DNA of 59,970 bases from Thermoplasmata archaeon (GTDB lineage Archaea; Thermoplasmatota; Thermoplasmata; Lutacidiplasmatales; UBA184): the NCBI GenBank assembly GCA_028864975.1, contig JAGWLG010000021.1:1-59970 (forward strand), written 5' to 3'. Position numbers and translations under genes: made by a program. Positions 47,076 to 55,092 of this stretch are shown here, piece by piece (the stretch's first letter is position 1; every line of letters starts with the position of its first letter). The notes under the pieces were generated by a model, which saw only the letters and a list, made by a program, of their open reading frames with translations, searched no databases and was not told where the DNA came from.

Positions 47076-47674
47076 TCCTCGACGACCTCAAGTTCGTCAC
47101 TCGCGAGCTGGACAAGGCCGGGATCCAGCACATCCTCGTGGGCGGGGCCAGCCTCGAGCGGCAGTACGCGGTCGGTACAGAGGACCTGGACTTCCTGGTC
47201 GCTCTCAAGGACTACCGCGGGGCGCTGGCCATCTTGAAGAAGCACCCCCTCGCCCGGAACGTCGAGAGCGTCGGGACGATGGGGGGGTGCGAGTTCCGGG
47301 TGGAGGACCACTGGGTCGATGTCGAGCTCCTGCACCCCCTATCTTTCTGCGGGAAGCTATCGCCGGACGAGTTCATCGACTACGTTCGACGACACCGGAG
47401 TTCGAGGACCGAGGCGGGGCCCGTGGCCGCGCCCGAGATCGCATGGTACATGCGGCTCGCGATCCCCGACTGGCCGATCTATGTCCAGAAGATCCTCCGC
47501 GATGTTGGCGCAGGGGTCCCCCCGGACCTCCTCACAAAGGTCGAGGAGGTCGCTCAGCACCTCGGTGTCGAGGAAACCCTCGCCCCGCGTATCAAGGAGG
47601 CCCGGGAGGCCATCGCGCTTCTCCGCACAAGACCGCACCCCGGAAGCCTCGTCCCGCCTGATAAGGGTCCTTGA
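47072..47674 (+). CDS. Nucleotidyltransferase, AbiEii/DUF6036-like
   Basis: ILVGGASL...GTEDLDFLV (GG.A...T.DxD) and a later VDVELL strand carrying the third acidic residue. Confidence 0.7.
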   Translation: MILDDLKFVTRELDKAGIQHILVGGASLERQYAVGTEDLDFLVALKDYRGALAILKKHPLARNVESVGTMGGCEFRVEDHWVDVELLHPLSFCGKLSPDEFIDYVRRHRSSRTEAGPVAAPEIAWYMRLAIPDWPIYVQKILRDVGAGVPPDLLTKVEEVAQHLGVEETLAPRIKEAREAIALLRTRPHPGSLVPPDKGP

Positions 47675-47732
47675 GGGCCCTCTCTTCCGATGGACCCCGG
47701 AGCGGCCCAGCCTTCTCCTTCAGGGCCCTAGC

Positions 47733-49274
47733 CTACCTTGGGATGTAGGAGGTCGCGCCGAGCGCACGGAGCAGTCGCTCCTCATCTGCGCCGAGAGGAG
47801 CGAACCAGGACAGGCCTGTCCTCTTGCTGCTCCATCCGACCGCCGAGACGCCGCCAAGGGCCTCGAGGACCGTCTCGAGCGACGCTTCCGGTCGGTCCGT
47901 GCGCAGCCGTCGCTCCGCCCACCCCCAGAGGAGGCTGGCGAGGAAGCCGATGGTCGCCCCTAGCTCCCAGAGCGTCACCGCTCCGTACCTCAACTTCCAC
48001 GGTTCGACAGCCACCGATGGGCCGCGAAGGATCCGCTGGAGGATGCGGCGTCGCTCCAGGAGTTGGATCATCGATGGCACGTCCACCCGAAGGTCGGTGG
48101 AGAAGACGACCCACCTCCCGTCCCTCTCCTGCACCTCCCGGATCTTCTCCGGGTCCATGCGGGCACCCCGGCGCCCACGAGCCGAGGCCAGGGCCCCCTC
48201 CAGCTCCCGGGCGAGGGCGGGCCTCAGCGCGTCAGGAATGGGTGCCGACCATTCGGCCAGGAGAGAGGCGCGCTCCCACCTCTCTCGCTCCCTCCAACCG
48301 GGGTCCTCCAACACCCCTAGCCGGAGCCGGTGCCCCATGACGCTCTCCTCGAGGTCGTACGCCAGGAGCCCTCCGCGGGGCCCCACGATCGAGAGGGGGG
48401 GCCCTTGGGCGAGGACCGCCGCCTGCCGACCGGTAAACTTCCAAACCTCCTTCGAAGCTCCTCCGAGGGAACCGACCACATGGAGCCCTGCCTGGACGAC
48501 CTCACTGAGCGACCCCTCGGTGGGGATGGGCAGGACTTCCACGAGAGGGGTACCTCGAGGCAGGGCTCCTCGGAGGGCGCCCATGAGGGCAGGCAGGTCA
48601 CGACCCGCCAGCCCCGCCTCCACGGGAAGGATGGACATGGGGAGCAAGGATGCGCGAGAGAGGACCACGCCGTAGGCGGGGGGGCTCGACTCCGATCCGT
48701 CAACGCCAGGTCCCTCGGGAGCGCGAGCTTCGACAAAGGCTCCTGGAGGCTCGGGCACGAGAGCGCGGGAGGTCCAAGCCCGGGTCAACCCAGCTTCGAA
48801 GGCCGCCCGAGGGGAGGGGCCCTCCGCATGGGTCCCTGGGTGGAGCTTCTCTCGAAGTTCGGTCATCAGCGGGCCGAGGGACGCCCCCCTCAGGGAGGGT
48901 TCCCACCAGGAGAGGGGCCCTCGAGCCACCCAGCTCTCGAGGACCCCCGGGGCGCGAGGGCCGGTAGCCGCATCAATCGCGAGCGCCAACAGAAAAGCGG
49001 CCGTGCGGCGGGAGAGCCCGAGCGTCTCCTCTGCGACCCGCACGACGTCGAGATCGACGGCCTGGGCATAGAGGGCGGCGGGGGCCCCCACGGGTTCGAC
49101 GGCCCGCAAGGCCTCGGTCGCGATCCTGGGGCGGCGCAGCAGCTTTCCCGCGGGGTCGCAGGGCCCCAGGTAGCGGACCGTTCGCTTTCGGGAGCGTCCT
49201 TTCTTCCGGTCCCACGAGTACTGGACCTCGTACAGGTAGAAGCGGCCCCCGATGGCCTTGACCTCGAGGGACAT
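47733..49274 (-). mobile_element. IS1634/IS4-like transposase homologue, catalytically degenerate but with an intact ORF
   Basis: N-terminal KAIGGRFYLYEVQYSWDRKKGRSRKRTVRYLG and C-terminal DGRWVVFSTD...FLASLL...ERRL match the IS1634 layout; DDE motifs are not recognisable; no terminal inverted repeats found. Confidence 0.6.
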
Positions 49275-49390
49275 CACCCCTAAGAAAGGGTGAGGGAAGA
49301 TGAACCTCTCGCTGGGCAAGGGGGGGGCCGGACGGCGAGGGCCGGGAGAGCCTGGATTGGTTATTACCCACAAGCCATCTGTCATTCGCA

Positions 49391-49645
49391 ATGAAGCTGG
49401 TTCGGGCCCAACTGCCCGAGGGGGAGTTCGCCCTACCCACACGCAAGGCCAAGCAGGAGCGGAAGACCGTCCGTCAGTACGTCCGAGAGGCGCTGCGAGC
49501 CAAGATGCTCCTCGACAAGGTCGACCCGAAGGACCCGATCTGGACGGCCTTCCCGCTGGTCAGGTCGACCGGGAGGGTGGACGACGCAGCCGAGAACCAC
49601 GACCGCTACCTCTACGGGAGCGGGGGCGGTTCCCGCTCCCGGTGA
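49391..49645 (+). CDS. RHH/CopG-type antitoxin without an adjacent toxin
   Basis: N-terminal RHH-like segment (YVREALR) and C-terminal DAAENHDRYLYG, typical of VapB-like antitoxins. Confidence 0.65.
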   Translation: MKLVRAQLPEGEFALPTRKAKQERKTVRQYVREALRAKMLLDKVDPKDPIWTAFPLVRSTGRVDDAAENHDRYLYGSGGGSRSR

Positions 49646-49674
49646 AGATCCCTCCCCCGGGGCTCCTCTAGACG

Positions 49675-50112
49675 GTGGTGCACAAGGAGCGGGAGGAGAA
49701 CCGGGTGGTGAAGGTCACCCGGGAAAACCGCCTCGGGGGTGAGACCGCCGTGACGAAGGCTCTGGCAGGGAGCCCGGTCAGCGAGAAGGTGAACGCGAGC
49801 GTCATCGAGCGGCAGAACGGGAAGCTCCAGGCCGACAACGGTTGCCTGGTACGGAACACCCTCGGGTTCTCGAGGGTGAAGGAGTCGTTCCACCACTCCC
49901 TTCGGGTCGCGCTGGCCCTGGAGCACTTCTGCCGGCCCCACCGCGGGTTGAGGATGCGGCACGCCCCGGGGGAACTACCTCACGGCGCAATCTGGGAGAA
50001 GAGGTCGCCAAAGATTGTCCTGGGGCGAACGGACCACCTGTGGACCGTCGGGCAGTTCCTCTACCATCGCGCCCCACCAGGGGGGGCTCAGGAGCCCGCT
50101 TCGGGGGGATGA
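49675..50112 (+). pseudogene. IS1-family transposase C-terminal remnant
   Basis: NASVIERQNGKLQADNGCLVRNTLGFSR...FCRPHRGL...KRSPKIVLGRTDHLWTVGQFL resembles the IS1-type ERxN..LR...RL.R.T..FS...YNF.RPH...TPAMAAG.TDH.WT; N-terminal part is absent. Confidence 0.7.
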
Positions 50113-50527
50113 CATGAAACGGGTACACTACTGAGCGCTCAGCCCTCGGCGCAGGAGGCGGAGGCGATGCATCGGACGAGGTACGAATACCCATGTGGCA
50201 ACGAGTGGACCTCCTACACGCCATTGGGTGTCCACTTCCCGGTCCCTCCAATCTTCGCGACGGGGGACTCCAAGGCGACGCGCGTTTCGGCCGGAGCGAA
50301 CTCGCCGAGCTCGCACCGCGCCACGGAGAAGAGGTCGGGAGATCGGGGAGGCATCCAGCTACGCGGGACGGTCCGAGAGCTCGACCCCACCGGCGACCAC
50401 CCGGATGTTTGGGGGGGGGCGGGTGCGGTCCGGTGAGCGTCTTCAGAGCCCCGATCCCCGCGAGGCCAGGATGGTGACCACCTGATTGGATGGAATACTT
50501 AAGTAATAAGGATGTAATTACATCCAT

Positions 50528-51898
50528 GTGTTCGTAGGCCGCCTCGTCGAGCTGGAACATCTCTCGAAGTACCTTTCGATCGACCGACCGCAGATGGTAA
50601 GGGTCCTGGGGCGACGACGTGTCGGAAAGACCGATCTGCTGCTCAAGTTCCTCGAGGGGCGAGAAGCACGCTACCTCCTCGTCCCCGACCTTGAGCCCCC
50701 GCTCCAGCTTCAGGCCCTGGGGGGCCAGCTGAGCGCCGGCCTGGGAGCGGGTCCGAAGGTCTACGGATCGTGGGACACCTTCCTGGACGACCTCGAGGAG
50801 GACCGCAGGCCGCTGGTGGTGTTCGACGAGTTCCAGAACCTGCTGCGTTCCGGGTCGCCATTCTTGAGCCGCCTCCAAGACCGCTGGGACCGTCGATGGC
50901 AGAGGACCGGACCGAGCCTCATCCTGTGCGGCAGCAGCATCGGCATGATGCAACGTCTCTCCGATGCGAAGGGGGCCCCGCTCTTCGGGCGGTTGACCGC
51001 GGACTTCCATGTCCGCCCGCTCCCCTACCGGGAGGCCCGTGACTTCCATCCCCAGCTTCCCGAAGAGGAGAGGGTCCGCCGTTTCGCGGTGTTCGGCGGC
51101 ACGCCCTTCTATCAGTCGTTCGCGCTGCGGAAGACCCTGGGCGAGGCCATCGAGCTGGCCTTCCTCTTGCCACAGGCACCGCTTCGCGACGAGCCCGAGG
51201 CCCTTCTGCGGCAGGAGTTCTCGGACCCGACGAGGGCGAACAGCATCCTCCAGCAGGTGGGCGCGGGCACCCCTTCGCTCCACGACCTCGAGACCCGGCT
51301 CGGGGTCCCGCACGGGGGCCTCTCGTACTACCTCCGCATTCTCGAGAACGACATGGACCTGCTCCAGCGCAGCCAACCCGTTCTGCGCGCCCAACGGCTG
51401 GGACGCTACCAGCTGCTCGACCCGATGTTACGTTTCTACTACCGGTTCATCGGTCCCCACCTCGACCTCATCGCTCAGGGCCACGTGGAAGAGGTCCGTC
51501 GCAGGATCGAGCAGGACCTCGAGTCGTACGTGGGGCAGGTCTTCGAGGAGGTCGCCCTCGAGTGGTTGGCCGGACGCCCGGAGGTAGAGGGACGCCGGCT
51601 GGACGCGCGCCAGCTTGGCCGCTGGTGGGATCGCACCGGCAATGAGATCGACGTGGTGGCCGTGGGGGAGCGCGAGGTCTGGGTGGGGGAGGTGAAGTGG
51701 TCCTCCCAACCTGAGGGCGAGCGCACGGTCTATCGCCTTCTCGAGAAGCTTCCCTTCCTCGGCCGTTTCCCCGACAAGGTGGTGCGGCCGTTCCTCCTGT
51801 CACGCGGAGGGGTGGACGAAGGGGCCGAGAAGGCCCTTCGACGCTCGGGAGGGTTCTCCCTCACCCTCGACCACCTCTCGGCCGCCTTCGCCCGGTAG
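50528..51898 (+). CDS. Archaeal AAA+ ATPase (ATPase_2 / DUF234 / PD-(D/E)xK-like tail)
   Basis: MFVGRLVEL, Walker A GRRRVGKT, Walker B VFDEFQ, ILCGSS, LFGR, GGTPFY, C-terminal GRWWDRTGNEIDVVA...GEVKW. Confidence 0.9.
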   Translation: MFVGRLVELEHLSKYLSIDRPQMVRVLGRRRVGKTDLLLKFLEGREARYLLVPDLEPPLQLQALGGQLSAGLGAGPKVYGSWDTFLDDLEEDRRPLVVFDEFQNLLRSGSPFLSRLQDRWDRRWQRTGPSLILCGSSIGMMQRLSDAKGAPLFGRLTADFHVRPLPYREARDFHPQLPEEERVRRFAVFGGTPFYQSFALRKTLGEAIELAFLLPQAPLRDEPEALLRQEFSDPTRANSILQQVGAGTPSLHDLETRLGVPHGGLSYYLRILENDMDLLQRSQPVLRAQRLGRYQLLDPMLRFYYRFIGPHLDLIAQGHVEEVRRRIEQDLESYVGQVFEEVALEWLAGRPEVEGRRLDARQLGRWWDRTGNEIDVVAVGEREVWVGEVKWSSQPEGERTVYRLLEKLPFLGRFPDKVVRPFLLSRGGVDEGAEKALRRSGGFSLTLDHLSAAFAR

Positions 51899-52835
51899 GG
51901 GCTTGGGCCATCACTTCGACCCGCGTGGACATCCCCCGAAAATTGGGGCGAGTTGGGCCCTGTCCAGCTCTCTGAGACGGCCACCTGGACGACCGCCCCT
52001 GGGGATTACATGCCCCCCGCCGCGAGGGCCAAGAGTGCCCCCTCATTCGCAATCCTGGAAGAGCGCCTCGAGCCGCGCCCGACTCGGTCTTCCTGCGGTT
52101 CTCGAGGTAATTGGGGCGGACGGCCGTGCACTGGGCTGTTGGATTTTGTTTCGTTGTGTAAGTTCAGGTATCGATTCGCACGAGGAGGTTCAATGGGGAG
52201 GATCGCTGCACGCGGTCACCCGGCGCGGTCCTTCACCCTCCGCTCGCTCTCCCTCGTGGGAGGGCGCGGGCGCGCCCTCGCCCCCTCGGGATCACGGCTC
52301 GCCCCGAGGCCCCTCCACCTCCTCTCGCGGGCTCCCCCAAGCCAGCAGCCCAGCTACGCGGTCGAGCCCCCCCGTGACGTGCGGGGTTCGTTTCCAGAGA
52401 CCGCATCGTTGTTGCAAGGTTCTCGTGGTGGAGGAACTCCTGCAGAGTCCGCCTGACGCCGTCGCGGGAGGCGACGGGGCTCGCCACCACGTGCCTGGAT
52501 GTCGGGAAAGGCGAACCCTGCCTGGGGCATTTCCGACCCGTCTCCTTGGCAAGCAGCCTCGGTCGCGCAGAAACATCGATGGGTCGGCGGCTCGTCCGTG
52601 AGGCTGACCGAAGCCGCTATTCGATGGTGCCGACGGCGGTCCCATCACCCCAGTACCTACCACGGCATCTGAGGAATCGGGTACGTGCAGCCATCAGGGA
52701 CCGTGGGAGGTCCGTCACGGAGGCGACCCACGTAGGCCGGGGTTCGCGAGGTACGACCTCCACGGCACTCGGACCCCGACACGTCCATGTCGAGCCCGGT
52801 CCACCGTGTTGTCGGGGCAGAGCTTCAGGTCGGCC

Positions 52836-53171
52836 TCAGCCCAGTTTCACGACTCTCAGGGCCTTCTTGATCGAGGGGAGAAGCTCGACGGCGTTCCAGA
52901 CCGCGCGGAGGTCCACCTTGCCATACTGGTGGATCAGAACGTTTCGCGCGGCCCTCATCGGCCTCCAGGGGACCTCGGGGTGTCGGCGTTGGGTCCTGTC
53001 GGAGACCCTCCCAGCGGCCTCCCCCATCACCTCGAGGTTCCTCATCACGATGTCCTGGAGCTTCCAATCCCGCTCGAACGCGGCAAGGTCCACGCCTCGG
53101 GTCACGGACTCGATGCGCTCGATGCGATCCAGGATGTCCGAGATCAGGTCCCTGTCCACTTTCTCGCTCAT
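52836..53171 (-). CDS. hepT: HepT-like (DUF86) HEPN RNase toxin
   Basis: RNLEVMGEAA, PEVPW..M...RNVLIHQY (Rx4HxY), VD...VW; start trimmed to ATG 53171. Confidence 0.9.
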   Translation of the reverse strand: MSEKVDRDLISDILDRIERIESVTRGVDLAAFERDWKLQDIVMRNLEVMGEAAGRVSDRTQRRHPEVPWRPMRAARNVLIHQYGKVDLRAVWNAVELLPSIKKALRVVKLG

Positions 53172-53599
53172 AGAGGAACGGCCTCGAACAGAACCTGAGG
53201 GCGGATGGTCCACCTCAGTCCTCGCTCCGGGACAACGTCCACCTTTCGGCCGAGGACCTCCTCGAGATCGATCTCCAGGGAGGCCTGGTCGAACAGGCTC
53301 GTCCCAGGGTCCAGAGCTACGAGCAGGTCCAGATCAGACTTCGGGGTCGCCTGCTGCCGGGCGAAGGACCCGAACACGCGGACGTTCCGTGCCCCGTGAC
53401 GCTCGCAGATCTCGAGGATCGTGCTTCGCTGATCGGGTTTCAGGTCGCGGACCCCGAGGCCCTTTCCCGGCCGGATCACGTGCAGCTCGGGGACCTCCCA
53501 CTTCCGAGACTTGCATCGTGGGCAGAGCCTCACCTCAGCCCCGCGGGGTCTCCATACCCAACCACAGCGGTAGCAGTGCATCAGCGAGGGATCGTCCAT
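53168..53599 (-). CDS. mntA: MntA-like nucleotidyltransferase antitoxin with N-terminal Zn ribbon
   Basis: CYRC...CPRC ribbon, then VRVFGSFARQQATPKSDLDLLV...LEEVLGRKVDVV; overlaps hepT by 4 nt. Start may be 53599 or 53581. Confidence 0.88.
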   Translation of the reverse strand: MDDPSLMHCYRCGWVWRPRGAEVRLCPRCKSRKWEVPELHVIRPGKGLGVRDLKPDQRSTILEICERHGARNVRVFGSFARQQATPKSDLDLLVALDPGTSLFDQASLEIDLEEVLGRKVDVVPERGLRWTIRPQVLFEAVPL

Positions 53600-54231
53600 G
53601 CTCGGCCTGCTCGAATGCCATCGGGCAGGAGAAGGCACGGGATGGCAAGGTAATCAATCTTACCTAGACGATAGCTCTCGACCCTAACCCCAGCTGGGGA
53701 CGGTTCCGGCAAGAGCGCGCCGCTTGCCTCGAAGCGGGGCTCGCGGCGCAGGAGGAGTCGAGATGATCCAAGCCCTTCTCCCGCACGGGCGGCCCCCGGG
53801 ATAGAGGCGCGCCTATCCTCGACTTGGCAAACCATGCGTGACCCAATGCGTGGCCACCCGCACTCTGCGCAACCAGCCCTTCAGCATCACCCCAAAATAG
53901 GGTGATGGCCTACGAAAATCCTGGGTCGATGAGCTCAACCCCCACGGGATCTCCGAAGTGTGCCAAGCGCCGTTCGGCCCCCCTCCAGGGGTGCAATGCG
54001 CTACGGCTGAGTGTGTGCATTGCGTATTGCACGAAGAGATCGGGTGAGAGGCGCGCCCCCTTGGTCACCGATAGAGGGAGTAAATGGAGTGCGTGTGCGT
54101 ACGCATTGAACTATTTAGTCCTGCGGCGGCCCGGGCCGACCCGGCTCGTTCATATACAGAATGTGACCATATCTTCCGTGCCGTGTCCAGGCACGGCAAC
54201 GAATCCGAAGAACCCAGGGGGAAAACCAAGC

Positions 54232-55092
54232 ATGTCGAAGATGAAGTGGGCCGTGAGCGACAGTTTCGGCGGAACGACTCGGCGACGGGGAGCCAAGCTC
54301 GGGCTCCTGGTTGCAGTACTGGCGGTCATACCTGGGCTAGTGGCGGGAACGCAGTTCGTTTCAGGCTCGGGTACGGCTTCGCTGAACGGCACCGGGACCC
54401 CAACCTCCATCGCCGCGTGTGGCTTTGACACGGGGAATGCGAATACAAAGGACACGGCTTCCTACCTCACCGTCACGGGAACAACTGCAATTGCTGGCAC
54501 GAGCAGTCCGACTCTCTATTCCACGCTCACCGTCACGGTTAACGCGTTCGAGGTAGGCTCCAGTGGGTACGAGTACCTTGATGGGGAAGTCGACATCGCT
54601 TGCGAGAATGTAGCGCTGACTGGGACCATCTCGGTCTATGGGACCACAACTACCGCGCCTACGAACCTGGTATGGATGTACGCGGATGTGGAAGCGAGTA
54701 CCGCTAACCCGCCCTTCCTCAGTGGAACGGCCCCGAGCATTACGTACTGCGGACCGGGCGCCGATACTCCAACGGCCTTCCCGGTTGCCGTCGGTGGAGC
54801 TTGCGCCACCACACCGGTGCAAGCTACCTGCGATGCCTTGTCGGAACCGGTCTTTCTCCCAAACGACAAGGATGCTTCTGGCAATAACTTCGTCTACAAC
54901 GTGATGTCCGGGGGCACAGCATTGGGAACCTGCGGAACGAATGTGGGCACTACGGCTCCAGGCACCACTATTGTGTCGTCGCTCACTGTGTCCTCGACCG
55001 TCATCTACTATGGGATCGTGAGCTTCGCCATCGGAGGTGCAGCCTCGACCTTGACCACGTCATCGTTCTCGTTGACCACGACGGCGACCTAG
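54232..55092 (+). CDS. Secreted pilin-like/fibre subunit candidate (major)
   Basis: Basic n-region RRR, hydrophobic h-region ending in G, Thr/Ser/Gly-rich beta domain with Cys pairs, terminal strand FSLTTTAT, no C-terminal anchor; start trimmed to ATG 54232. Confidence 0.6.
   Translation: MSKMKWAVSDSFGGTTRRRGAKLGLLVAVLAVIPGLVAGTQFVSGSGTASLNGTGTPTSIAACGFDTGNANTKDTASYLTVTGTTAIAGTSSPTLYSTLTVTVNAFEVGSSGYEYLDGEVDIACENVALTGTISVYGTTTTAPTNLVWMYADVEASTANPPFLSGTAPSITYCGPGADTPTAFPVAVGGACATTPVQATCDALSEPVFLPNDKDASGNNFVYNVMSGGTALGTCGTNVGTTAPGTTIVSSLTVSSTVIYYGIVSFAIGGAASTLTTSSFSLTTTAT

Noticed and set aside
50167-50436. 89-aa ORF with an SD-like GGAGG and YPCGNEW
   Set aside because: Only one Cys; may be a decayed Zn ribbon but cannot be supported as a gene.
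49802-51394. 530-aa minus-strand ORF
   Set aside because: Antisense shadow of the AAA ATPase.
52546-53667. 373-aa plus-strand ORF
   Set aside because: Antisense to hepT/mntA; no motifs.
53902-54231. 110-aa N-terminal extension of the first pilin-like gene
   Set aside because: Covers an AT-richer promoter-like region; the signal peptide begins only after ATG 54232.
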